DNA of 64,000 nt, from positions 53,816,001 through 53,880,000 of the forward strand of contig NW_027266297.1 in NCBI RefSeq assembly GCF_022045235.1, read 5' to 3'. A program made the position numbers and the translations under genes. Positions 27,401 to 38,649 of the stretch are shown here, one piece after another. A model generated the notes under the pieces. It did no database searches, was not told the DNA's origin, and saw only the letters and a program-made list of their open reading frames with translations. This stretch comes from Haliotis cracherodii (lineage: Eukaryota). Every line of letters begins with the position of its first letter. The first letter of the stretch is position 1.

Positions 27401-27661
27401 AATGCTTTATTTTTCACCCTACTTAGTAGTTTATACACTGCTTAACATAATCAATAGGGCGAGTATTCTGAACACATCCTCCGTTTGTCTGTGTCTGCTG
27501 AACTTCCATTTTCTTACCCCCATTACACAGGCGTGCTCAGCACAGTATTTTTGTCCTGTGTTTGGTCTAAATTTGCAGAATCGCCTCTTCTTCGGTAAGA
27601 AAAATGCACAACACCCATCTGGAGGTATACTGTCCATACTGTCAAGCTTCTTAACTTCCAT
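12241..27661 (-). CDS. TRMT13: tRNA:m(4)X modification enzyme TRM13 homolog; 14 coding exons, 1389 nt, 462 aa
   Basis: Hand-spliced CDS: join(27661-27518,26038-25992,25750-25678,24374-24312,23135-23066,22179-22073,20430-20352,19698-19610,19185-19110,18730-18653,17971-17869,16367-16198,15222-15117,12424-12241). All junctions are GT-AG with matching phases. Family motifs: CAFFLPKKRRFC..YCAEH (zf-TRM13 CCCH), RIPCPLDPKHTCYE..LEKHLKKCN (CHHC finger), FVEMGAGKGQLSHW (SAM binding), RLRIDIEHL, GKHLCGAATDLALRCL, IALCCHHRC, SSWA, CKRLIDYGRIKYL, TPENIVL. Confidence 0.96.
12443..14676. repeat. 31-bp minisatellite, ~72 copies, in TRMT13 intron 13
   Basis: Unit CATGACTAGTTCATGACCTGTTAGATATACT with recurrent variants. 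Confidence 0.98.
15117..15222 (-). CDS. TRMT13: TRMT13 exon 13 (acidic linker)
   Basis: tccag|(G)IKQQPEQKDRPEEDVGDSTADEHDIEAADINSAQ(T)|gtaag; required to bridge phase 1 to phase 2. Confidence 0.88.
15335..16215. repeat. 34-bp minisatellite, ~26 copies, spanning the TRMT13 exon 12 donor
   Basis: Unit CAGCCCTACACCCAGTCACCTACCTGTCT(C/T)CCTC; on the minus strand it reads GGGCTGGAGGAAGACAG|GTAGGTGACTGGGTGTA. Confidence 0.97.
16198..16367 (-). CDS. TRMT13: TRMT13 exon 12
   Basis: cctag|LPSGVVIALCCHHRCTWKAYVGKEFMKHCGISARDFQLLSSMSSWATCTWKGWRKT|gtaggt. Confidence 0.95.
16762..17302. mobile_element. MITE, 541 bp, ~70-bp TIRs, 9-bp TSD
   Basis: CATCTTCCCGAGGCAAGGGAGTTAACTGAC...GTCAGTTAACTCTCTTGCCTCGGGAAGATG flanked by GCTTGGGAC at 16753-16761 and 17303-17311. 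Confidence 0.93.
17687..17829 (-). mobile_element. SINE family A copy
   Basis: Reverse complement of 60092-60253 (CACATTGTACCCATGTCGGGAATCAAACCCGGGTCTTCGGCGTGACGAGCGAA). Confidence 0.88.
17869..17971 (-). CDS. TRMT13: TRMT13 exon 11
   Basis: gctag|(D)LALRCLLETLPKSDDNQTCEQSPSKKPRTEHKH(R)|gtagt. Confidence 0.92.
18653..18730 (-). CDS. TRMT13: TRMT13 exon 10
   Basis: ttcag|(G)KYNTISADDHRPVVAMGKHLCGAAT|gtact. Confidence 0.94.
19110..19185 (-). CDS. TRMT13: TRMT13 exon 9
   Basis: ttcag|LDNQHREEQGPKFERLRIDIEHLNL|gtgcgt. Confidence 0.93.
19610..19698 (-). CDS. TRMT13: TRMT13 exon 8
   Basis: tacag|(G)QLSHWVQRAVEKCDKVSFVLVDRGTIRYK|gtaag. Confidence 0.94.
20352..20430 (-). CDS. TRMT13: TRMT13 exon 7 (SAM-binding motif)
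   Basis: tgcag|ASLVGHLDKLQLLKDGVCFVEMGAGK(G)|gtatgt. Confidence 0.94.
20749..21298. mobile_element. Non-autonomous TIR element (~45-bp TIRs)
   Basis: TGAAGGGGTTGTTGTCAACACGGGTACTACAGATATGTACCCC...GGGGTACATATCTGTAGTACCCGTGCCGACAACGACACCTTCA; second copy at 63293-63779. Confidence 0.88.
21697..21975. mobile_element. Truncated inverted copy of the 25235-25640 hAT-like element
   Basis: Shares CTACCCGGACC(C/T)GTGGTTAGTCA.GTGAT, ATGACAAAAAT and CTTCAGTGTATGCATGA in reverse orientation. Confidence 0.8.
22073..22179 (-). CDS. TRMT13: TRMT13 exon 6
   Basis: gacag|(E)HIQDIKTDILSHSCLREELENPSYGTPALRHRKQQ|gtaac. Confidence 0.92.
22504..22628 (+). mobile_element. SINE family A copy
   Basis: GGGTGGCCTAGTGGTTAAAGCGTTCACTCGTCACGCCGAAGACCCGGGTTC plus (CTCA)n tail. 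Confidence 0.88.
23066..23135 (-). CDS. TRMT13: TRMT13 exon 5
   Basis: tgcag|VTVCTVKDEELQSLIDRVNKLYN|gtaag. Confidence 0.88.
23700..24034. mobile_element. MITE with 5-bp TSD
   Basis: TAGAGGTGTTCAA...TTGAACGCCCCTG termini; ACATC on both sides; internal TTGCCC/GGGCAA repeats. Confidence 0.72.
24312..24374 (-). CDS. TRMT13: TRMT13 exon 4
   Basis: gccag|GYHQQGINAGNDDGDAAPQPK|gtttg; conserved INAG motif, phase 0/0. Confidence 0.88.
25235..25640. mobile_element. Non-autonomous hAT-like element, 406 bp
   Basis: TIR TAGGGCTGGGACG...CGTCCCAGTCCAA; perfect 8-bp TSD ATAGATAT; subterminal TACCCG repeats. Confidence 0.9.
25678..25750 (-). CDS. TRMT13: TRMT13 exon 3
   Basis: ttcag|(H)TCYEDSLEKHLKKCNKSVTKNAVE|gtaaat. 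Confidence 0.92.
25992..26038 (-). CDS. TRMT13: TRMT13 exon 2
   Basis: tgcag|VQLGRKRIPCPLDPK(H)|gtaag. Confidence 0.93.
27518..27661 (-). CDS. TRMT13: TRMT13 coding exon 1
   Basis: ATG at 27661; MEVKKLDSMDSIPPDGCCAFFLPKKRRFCKFRPNTGQKYCAEHACVMG|gtaaga. The downstream Met is an alternative start. Confidence 0.9.
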
Positions 27662-28054
27662 AATCAAGCTCAAAATATTTGACCTTAGTGAAAATCTACT
27701 TGAGGGAAATCCCTTTGGAATATCCGGAAGTAAACAAGAACAGTGGAAATGAGATCCGCAGCAACTGTCATTCAGCCTTGTAATTCGCTATGTATATCAA
27801 AATAAAGCACTGGTGTCGTTATCGAAAATATTTTCTATAATCAATATTTTTACCGATACCGCTATACAAGTATGGAGTAGAGGAGTACGATCAAATTAAT
27901 GTATTTGACGTGATATTTCAATGATAATTTACTGCGATACGTACTTTCATGGCGGCGAGCCCGACAAGGGTAGCATTACTTTGCAACATTTGTTGAAGCA
28001 TTTATCATTATTTATTTGTAGTTTCCGGTGGTTTCGTAGAATCTGAAATTCAAA
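27662..28054. promoter_or_regulatory. Bidirectional promoter / 5' UTR region shared by TRMT13 and RAD23
   Basis: 393 bp between divergent ATGs. ETS-type CCGGAAGT 27724-27731 and TTCCGG 28023-28028, YY1-type ATGGCGGC 27949-27956, CRE-like TGACGTGA 27906-27913. Confidence 0.75.
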
Positions 28055-28120
28055 ATGTTAATTACACTTAAAACCTTGCAACAACAAACGTTTAAGGTTG
28101 ATATCGCAGAGGAATCAACG
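28055..28120 (+). CDS. RAD23: RAD23 exon 1 (UBL start)
   Basis: [22 protein letters not shown]|gtaag. Confidence 0.96.
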
Positions 28121-31100
28121 GTAAGAAAAAATCGGCACAATGCCACAAGTGTATTTCCGTCAATAGCTGTGATTACCCACGCGTTCTCTTATTTCCAACA
28201 GTGATATAACTGCTTTCAGCGTAACTGTACTATTTTCTGTTAGAAAAAGAACTATTTTATTTCAGATTTACAGTATTTGAGAGTTGGTAATGAGAGTTTC
28301 ATTATGAGGTACTAATGATGCGACAAGGCCGCAGAACATTCATGAATGTGTCGTTAAAAATAAAATGGCAGTTATCAGTAGATTAGAACTCATCTTCAGA
28401 AATTACACCGCACCCATTTGCGCTTGTAAATGGTTTTGTCAATACATACCACAACCACTAACTAGGTGGTATTTTTACATTCTTAAGTATTTCAAATGTA
28501 TTGATGTGAATTTCAAGATATCCCCCATATACCGACATATATCATGTACACTTTGTATACATATGCTAATGTGAAGTGAATCTGATGTTCTGATCAATTT
28601 ATCGTACATACCAATCACAATATTATTGATAACTTTTTTCTTAAGCATGGTCAGTGAGGTCATACTTATCATTTGCTTCCATCTATGTGATCTATGCATG
28701 TCTCCATGTGTATAGTGCTTATCATGATTATAGGGGTTTCACAATTCACCTGCCATTTACAATAAATGCAGGTGCAAGTTAAAATGTCACCTTAGCAAAA
28801 TGTCACCGATTTCATCAGACGAAAACGGTACATAATCTATGTAGTAGTACATATGTGCTTTATATGATAGTAATATTTATATATCTTTTATTTCTATTAT
28901 ATTGTCAATGTCATCTTGCGATTGATTTCACCATCCACAAGTATCGTTGTCCGCTATCATTGGTGTCAACGGATGTATCAGAGTAGAGGCTAATAAGTAC
29001 TTTAAGCATGTTTTAAGGCAATTAACATTTCACATTTTCATATTTTTTGTAAACCAAGGTAAAAATATGGTGCTGTATTCACCTCCCAAAAGTAGCAGTT
29101 TTCGCTTTTGGCAAGGTTCCATTTTCGCCAATCAGTGTCGTTTTGCTGAGGTTACATTTATGGACAATCATGAAACAAAATTCTAAATCATATTGCATAA
29201 TACGACTACATTACAATGGGCCTAAATGAACTTGTCATGTGATTTAAACATAAACTGGTTTATAGCAACAATCTCAGACAGGCCACATGGAACATTGAGA
29301 AACTCACTAGTAGAAACAACACAAATTATAGTGATATGTACCAATTTGGCACCTGTCTATGCATTATGTACCGATACTTGAAGTAGGTGTATCCTGATGT
29401 CTATGGCACATTATTTCCTTTCAAAATATATATAAACATGATAAAAAAGACAGTAGAGTTCTCTCAGGCACAATACAGCAAAAAGAAATAGCTGAAGTAA
29501 AATTGAACAGTTTTAATTGACTAGCGCTTTCAACTCATACCACATACCAGTCTCATCAGTTGAAAGCACAAGTCAATTAAAACTGTGTTAAATTACCAAT
29601 GGCTATTGGTCTAAAACTGTTGCACACTGATCTAGTTGATTAATCAAATCTTTTATGTAAGGTGACTCGGGGAACTCAAAATATGTGTGTAGCTATTTTG
29701 CCAATTCTAGTTTGCAGGAATCAAATTACACTTAGCTCATTTGCTGGGATGACCAATATATCTTTTTCTGAATAAGCATGTGAAAGAGTTTACATATCAT
29801 TGGTTAATGAGATTCATATAAACAATTTTAATTACTATCTCAGTAAGTAATTTCTATCCCCCTGACAGGAATGCTGGGCAGAATAAGAGTAGGACTCATG
29901 AGTCTTGGACACCGACAATATTTGTTTCCAACTCTCAAAAGACACCATTCTGCATATCAGTTCAGGCTACGTTGATGATTCATGGTTAATGCACATATGA
30001 TTCAAGTGTATTGCAAAATCAGCAAGACTATTCACTAAATGCACTGCTTAATACAGGCACTGCTTAATACAGGCGCATGTGCCTCTACTAAACGCAATGC
30101 TACAGACCAAAATGGTTTTAAAAGGTATGACTTCACTGTGCTAGAAAGGCCAAGAAGTATTTATATCATTTTACAAATCCATAAGAAAATATTCTAGACT
30201 CTCACCAGCGGTCCAGTGTTAGTGACGAACACTGTTTGAGGGCATGGCACAGATATAGAGTGGCAGTCACATCACTGGAAGTGTTGCAGGTTCGAACATA
30301 AAAAATAAACATTTCGCTACATGGACAGTGTAGTCCATTGGGACAGTGGGTTCATCGAACACTGTATTCTGTGTTGCTGGTGCTTGTGTGGTGGAGCAGC
30401 AGCCTAGTGGCCATCAAGGGCAACCTTCACATATGTCACTGACTGTTCCCTCTTCAACAGTTGACATGCGCAACAGTTTGCTATGCACAGTTGTGTCCTG
30501 AGAAGTCTATGTTTGTGGATTTGAATCCTCAATTTTCTGTGATTCCAATTCCTGGTTTGTCAGCACATTACCCAAGTTTGTAGGTTCCTTCAAACATTTC
30601 TTAGGTGGTAGACATCTTAGATGTGCATCACATCAAGAATTCGTCATACCTTACTGTTCAAAGTACCCTGTAACCCATCTTACTGTCTTAACCACTGGAC
30701 AATTGTGAATATTTTTTATTTCCTTATTTTGCTTGAGATATTTGAACCTACACTTTTGTCTTAACTCTTAAACAATAAGAGGTCTGCCCATCTATATAAT
30801 CTAAGGCACTCTTCAGTAGTGCCTGAATCAGATTTCAAATTTTCCCCTGTTATGTTGGCCCCATATATTAAGGGGTTCACCAAAGTGGTAAACCAGATCA
30901 CTCTGATCCAGGGGATCAACACGGCGCAAAGAAATTTTGTAGCATAGCTACTTATTCATGCAAGTACTTATTGTCTCACACAGCAAGGTAAAATAAGTTG
31001 TAATTCACACCTGGTACCTTCAGAATAAGGAATGAGAATATGGCACATTTCAGTTGCAATATTTTTGTAATTTAAAAGTAGATATCAAACATGTGAAAAC

Positions 31101-34100
31101 AAAACTGTTTTCACAACTATGACTTCCTGAAACTGTTATTGTTTTCAAGGAACAGGGGGTATTATGTTGACACAGTCATAGTGGTATACATAATACTGTT
31201 GACATTGATATATCTATAGTGGTAAAGTTATTGATATTCTTTCATAATTAATCTTCTAATTCAAAGTAATAACTACATTGTTGTAATATTATTTTATGAT
31301 CAAGTAGATCAGTGGAGAGATGCAGACATTGTTAAAACTGAAACCCACAATGTTGTGTGTGCATTTTTGTTGTATTTGTAACCATGAACTATATTTTCTA
31401 TGAGAGTTACCTCCATAATGCTAATATGTTTACTCCTGACACTTCAATTATTCACACTGTCCAAAAGTGCTAATACCTCACAACATGGAAGCTGACATTC
31501 CTCCAGGCAGAAATACTGTGATATAACCACATTACTATTCAGAGCAGAGTTCACTCTCACTGACTCACTCACTCACTGACTCACTCACTCACTCACTCAC
31601 TCACTCACTATTGTGTGTTTGCCATTTTACAGGTGAAAGACCTGAAAGAGAAAGTGGAGGGAGAGAAGGGGAAAGAATTTCCTGCTGGAGGACAGAAGCT
31701 CATTTATGCAGGTAAGATAATTTGTCCATGTGTCCATTGTAGTTGTAATTGTAGTTCTGATGGGAAATCTGGGCAGAGTACTCCATTGGCTCCCAGTACC
31801 CTGTGATGTGCTGGTGACGATATGGTGTCACTTTCCTGATTTTGTCATCATGCTCATACAGTGGAATCTGTCCAATTCAGACTCAGTTGAGACTGGTTAA
31901 AAAGTCTGGTTACGGTTACGCTGAGGTCCGGATTACACAGGGTACAGAAAGTTGGACTGAAGAGAAAGTGAAAAAGCAAAGATCATTCATCTTTTTATTA
32001 CATGCACATACACTGCACATAAAGTATTGACATGGGATGGCATTAAATACAGATAAAAACATTCTTGAAAAAGTCATTTAGAACAGACTGCTTATGTTTC
32101 TGAAGAATGTTTTTCAATATCGTTCCTTATTAATAAATGAAATTAAGTAATCGAACAACAAACTGTTAATTTTAATAGGATTACTGTCAGGATCAGCATT
32201 GTTGTTTTAGCTGACAATGACTGAGCTTACTTCAAAGTGAGAGAACATCCAGTCCAGTCCGATTCAGACAGCTTCTTTTCAATAGTAAATTTGTTGCCGG
32301 GACCGTAATTTCTGTCCAAAGTCCGAAGTGTAAAAAGTCTGTGTTAGAGAGTTGTAGGTGAGTTGTGAGTAATGATCATTTATGAAGTAACTGAGGTAAC
32401 CAGAGAAAAATTCAAATTTTCACTGAAATCCAAATTTGACAAAGTCTGATTTGGACAGATTCCACTGTACCCTGTAACTGCATGGGTTGTTGCTCATGTT
32501 ATCAACCACCTTTGGGATCCAAGGTTGAAATATGTGTTAGCAGCTGAAATCATGCTGATCAACCGTTGCATGGATTTATCTAGGCCTGCTCAGAGGCTGA
32601 TATTCGTCCCCAAGTCGGCAACAAGAATTCCCAATTTGAATTAACACTTCCCAATTCCTCCAGATTTACCAAAACAAGAACACTGAAATAATCAAATTTT
32701 GAACAGTATCACTATTTTGTCCCAATTTTCTTGTCAAGGGCACTTAGTGTGGAATCCTAGACAAATCCTTGCTTTGATTTCCTGTGCAGACTCCATGATA
32801 TACATGGCCACCCTCATACAGCTGGAATATTGCTCACTGCAGGATACAGTAAATTGAATAATAGAAACACTCAGTTTAGTCCAAAGAAACCTCTTTGTTT
32901 CTGTGAGGCGAGACTATGGCATATAGAGCTGGTTCATCAGTTGCTTCACAGATATATTTTCTCAAAACCTTAGGTCGGTAGTTGAAATGAAAATTTAAAT
33001 AAATATGTTGTCAAATGTTTAATTCATGCGTGTCTCAACCATAACAGCCAGTTTCAGTTTCTGCGGACATTGGAGTAACAATGGAAGGGCAAGTGTTTTA
33101 CCCTGCGAGCCATGGGAAAGAAACCCAATGAAACTGTCACAGTATTGTCCTGTTACAAGGAAATCCATAGTGATGGGAACCACAGTGCACATTTTCACAA
33201 AGTGATAAATACACTTTGCCAGAGATAAATAAAATTGGCTGGAGCAAGAAGGTGGTAGCAGTAAATTAAATTGCTTCCAGCAATTAGTCACTCCTGCTGT
33301 TCAGCTGACAAACCTGCTGGCAGTAATAGTCAGTTGGTTGAATACTTGTCATATGATGTGTTATTGATGTTGTTTTTCAGGAAAGATTTTAGAAGATGAC
33401 AAGAAAATATCTGATTATAAGATAGAAGAGAAGAATTTTGTTGTTGTGATGATAACAAAGGTAAGTAAAAAGGGTGCTACTCAGCTTTTGATAGGGATAT
33501 TCTGAGTGTGTGACCAGAATGTGTGATTGTTTGTGTCATACACATAGTATCCCATATTGCCATGTTCAGCTTCATGTGTAGTTGATACAAGTAAGTACAC
33601 AGTTCAAGTACACAACTTGCTGTCCTTTAGTTGTTTGTAACAGCATGACATGGCCCAGTATCCCTCGCAAATGTTGAGTAGTATAGTACAGAAAACTCCA
33701 ATGTTTTATATATCTGGTTTTGTTATCTGTATTGATGAGAGAAGGAAAAATGTTTACATACATAACTCAGTTAAATTTTCTCATGGCTTTAGGATTGAAA
33801 ATTACCAAGTCTCGATCAATACAGTCTAAAAATCACAACACAATGCAGGTGCACACAAGGAAGTTATACTGGAGACATGACACAAAAAGGTACCAGTGAT
33901 AAATTGCAAATATTATCTTTCAGCCGAAGGCGGCACCCCCAGCCAAACCTGCAGAGAGCACCAGCACACAGCCAGCTCCCACAGAACCTGCTGCTGCAGC
34001 TGCCCCCGCCCCTGCCCCCACCCAGACACCCACTCCTGCACCCGCACCGGCACCCACCCCCGTACAGACAGAGGCAAAAGACACACCCAAACCTGAGGAG

Positions 34101-37100
34101 GCTAAGCCAGAGGATAAGCCTGCAAGGTGTGTGGCTGCTTGTACAAACTCTGTGTGTGCTTTTTGTTACTAGAGATAAATTGACCCTTAATATCTCGGCA
34201 CATTTATCGTGACATGTTTATTTTGTTTCATTATTTCATGTTTACCTTGATACAAAGTGCATCTTTCATAGTAATTATGATTTCCTTAATCTGTGTAGCT
34301 AGTTACACAATAGTATTCTCATTACTAAGGAAGGGTCATTTCGCTGTGGAGAGTTGAATCCCAGTCCACACAAATTATATTTCTAGGTTTGTCAGCACCA
34401 TACCCATGCTTGTAGATTTCACCAAATTGGTTAATACAGCTTGTATTTTTCTTCATGCTGTCAACCATTGGTTTGCCTGACCCAGACTTGAATTATTTAT
34501 TATTTATGTCTGCTTTCATTTATCTGGAATGTTACTGACTGCTACTAAAAACCAACAATTTCTCATTTGTTAAGTTTTACAAAATTATTGTGATTACAAT
34601 TGTGAACATAAAAGACCCTCCTTCTTCCTCCGTATCAGCATCCCAGCAGCCACCGGGACATCTGCATCTGGCGAGACCCCTGCACAGCTAGCTGCAAGTG
34701 CATTACCCCAGTCAGCCATACAGTCAGCAGAGAGCTCCCTTGTGACAGGCCAGGAGTATGAGAACATGGTGATGGAGATGATGAATATGGGCTTCGACAG
34801 GGAGATGGTGGTGCAGGCACTCAGGGCTAGCTTCAACAACCCAGACAGAGCAGTAGAGTATCTACTAGGGGTGAGTGATACTGTTCTCATTAGGGGTGAT
34901 GGTGCAGGCACTCAGGGCTAGCTTCAACAGCCATAACAGACCTGTAGAGTGTCTGCTAGGGGTGAGTGACACTGTTCTCAGTAGGGGTGGTGGTGCAGGC
35001 ACTCAGGGCTAGCTTCAACAACCCAAACAGAGCTGTAGAGTGTCTGCTAGGGGTGAGTGACACTGTTCTCAGTAGGGGTGGTGGTGCAGGCACTCAGGTC
35101 TAGCTTCAACAACCCAAACAGAGCTGTAGAGTGTCTGCTGGGGGTGAGTGACACTGTTCTCAGTAGGGGTGGTGGTGCAGGCACAGGCACTCAGGGCTAG
35201 CTTCAACAACCCAAACAGAGCTGTAGATTGTCTGCTAGGGGTGAGTGACTGTTTTCAGTAGGGGTGGTGGTGCAGGCACTCAGGGCAAGCTTCAACAACC
35301 CAAACAGAGCTGTAGAGTGTCTGCTAGGGGTGAGTGACTGTTTTCAGTAGGGGTGGTGGTGCAGGCACAGGCACTCAGGGCTAGCTTCAACAACCCAAAC
35401 AGAGCTGTAGAGCGTCTGCTGGGGGTGAGTGACACTGTTCTCAGTATGGGTGGTGGTGCACCAAAATGGCATGAGCGTTTAGACCTGTTTTACTTTACTT
35501 AAACTAAGAGACCACAGAAACTGAAATAATGTTTTAAGTTGGTTGGTTGGGTTGTTGTTTAACACCGCACTCAGCAGTATTCCAGCTTTATGACGGCAGT
35601 CTGTAAATCATCGAGCCTGGACCAGACAATTGAGTGATTAATATCATGATCATCGATCCACGTAATTGGGATCGATGACATGCATCAACAAAGTAGGCGG
35701 GCCTGACCACCCGATCCTGTTAGTCGCCTTTTGCAAGCATAGTCACCTTTTATGGCAAGCATGGGGTTGCTGAAGACCTATTCTAACCCGGAATCAATGT
35801 TTTAAGTGGCATAAAACCACTTTCTCACAGTAGAGATGACTAGTAAGGGAATATTTCTTACTGATAGTTAAGAGCACTATGATACTAATACAATGTTGGT
35901 ACTCCTGATGTGTTGATACGTACAGTCAGCACACCTAATTTAAAGCTTTACAACAAAGTGCCTCATGCCCTGTATATTCTGAAGGGTTAATTTTGGGAGG
36001 TGTCATGCAATGGGATGGAACTTGCTCTGTAATGACATATGTACACTGATCATTTCTCATGAAAACATACATGTTTTGCTTTTAGTGTGCATTACGTCTT
36101 AAGATACCAGATTCATTTAAATTGGAGACTACATGCTGCAACTGCATTAGGAAGATGTTTCTAGCGTCAGAAATGTATGCTATGATGCTTATTCTTTTAG
36201 GGTATTCCTGCTACACCAGTTGCTGTAGTTGATGACCCCCCTCCAGCTCAGCCAGCCCCTGCCCCACCCGCAGCCACGACCGGTGCTCCACCCCCTACAC
36301 AAGCTGCACCCCCTGCTGGTACCCCCCCTGTACAAGGCCCGGCACAGGGGACAGGCTCCACCCCAGCCAGTGCTGCGCCTGTAGGAGGCAACGGTAATGT
36401 CAGACAGGTCAAACGGTGACAATTGTTAGCTACAGTGCTTTTTGTTTGATTTATAGGCAACCAGTTGTGCACGATTACGTTTTTACGACTCGCCAAAGTT
36501 GGTGCTTTGTGAAACTGTTTGCTATGATATTATTATATTAGTAGTTTGTGTATTGGTACAGAGAGGAAAAATAGTTAATTTGTAAAATATAAGGGAATAT
36601 CGGAAAGTTTTGAGCCTGGCACATCAAGACACTGTATTCATTATGTATTTCTTCATTGACTTAAGGATACTGAATACGAATTGTTTGGTCTCAAGTCTCA
36701 TCGTGCAAAACTGGAATGTGGCTGTTGAACATGCTGTAAAAAGCGATTCTCCTTGTAAGAGGTGACTAATGGGATCGGGTGGTCAGGCTGGCCGACTTGG
36801 TTGATCCATGTCATCTTATCCCTATTGCGTGGATCGATGCTCATGATGTCAATCACTGTTTTGTGAGGTCCAGACTTGATTATTTACACACCAGTGTCAT
36901 ATAGCTGGAATATTGCTGAGTGCGGGGTTAAACAAAAAACAAACAAACATGACAGGTGTTGAGTATATAAAGTATTGTATAACAAACAACCTATCTATCC
37001 ATCTTGCATATTTCACTACATAGAGGTATACAGTGAGGCCCTTGCAGTATGACAGGAACTGACACTTAAATGGATATACAGCAAAAAGTCTTTTACTCAA

Positions 37101-38588
37101 CTAAAGATATGTTATTTGTTCTATCATTGAGTGAAGTTTTGGATTAAAACAAATACTTTGCACACCTGTATTCCTGTTGAATCAATCAGTTGGCTTGGCA
37201 GAAGTTACACTTTGGTTGTAAGTTTGTAATCTGTCATGTTATGTTTTCAGCTGGAGACCCATTATCATTTTTACGCTTACAACCCCAGTTTCGGCGGATG
37301 CGAGAAGCCATTCAAGAAAATCCTCAATTACTCCCAGTTTTGTTACAGCAAATTGGTCAGACAAATCCTACTCTTTTAACAGTAAGTATATCTTGCTCAA
37401 ATACTGATTGTTTGATGGCCTCCGTTGGGAATTCCAGAGCAGATTTGGTCCCAACAACCTTTTGTTGGCCATACTCGGTGACTTGATGGATTGAATGGTC
37501 ATACTCAATGACTTGATTGATTGTTTGTTATACCCAAATGGGTTGTAGTTGATAATATTAAATCACTGGTCCAGAACATACCGCTTACAAAGGAGTGTGA
37601 CCTGGCTGATTGTTTTTAGTCATACCCAGGTTCCAGGGAGTGTTGCTCAAGCTATCAACCTATGGTTTGACTGTTATGTAGCTTTGTACCTGTAAAGATC
37701 TGGGTAGAGAATAGGTATTCAGCAACCCATGCTTGCTGTGATAGGTGTCTGACATCTAGGTGTCGTTGATGCATGTCATCGTATCCCAGTTGCATGAATC
37801 AATGACATTGATGTCAATCACTGGATTGTCTGGTCCAAACATACATTTACAGACCGCCGTCATACAGCTGGAATATTGCTGAGTGCGGTGTTAAACAACA
37901 AACAAACAATACGTAGCTAGAATATTACTGACTTGCATAATGCAATATCTGCTAATTCATTTGTCAAATCAATGTTATGGAATATGCTCCAGCAAAAATG
38001 TTTTCTTGTTTCTGCAGACTTATATGATTCATGATAATATTCAGTTTAAAATTGAGGGGTCTCCTTGTGATATTTGAATCTACTAACAACTAGGTACCAT
38101 TATCTGACACATCAAGCTGACATGCCGTGATGTAACTAAAATACTGTTGAAAGCAGCATCAAACCAAACTCACTCACTCACTCACTCACTGATACAAGCG
38201 ATTCAGATTAGAATCCATTTTGGGTGTAGATCTCAGACATATGGAAAATAAAAGGTGTAGTTTGTGTTTAAAATTGTTTACTGTTACATCATGATACCGT
38301 CATCTCCAAATACAAGGCCGAAATAAATTATTAGATTTTCATCCCCACAACCTATCAAACGCCACACATCTTTTTATTGTGCTGAAGTACATACACACAA
38401 AGAAAGTTTAGTATGTTTAAACAAATGTTATTGTCCAATAAGACAATGGGGCTGGGCCCAAGTGGAACACTTCTATTGCCTCTCTAGTGGTAGAGTGTCC
38501 GCCTGGAGAGCGGAAGGTCCGGAGTTCGATCCCCGGCCGCGTCTTACCAAAAGATGTTTAGATATGGTATTTGTTGTTACCCTGCCTG

Positions 38589-38649
<61 letters not shown>

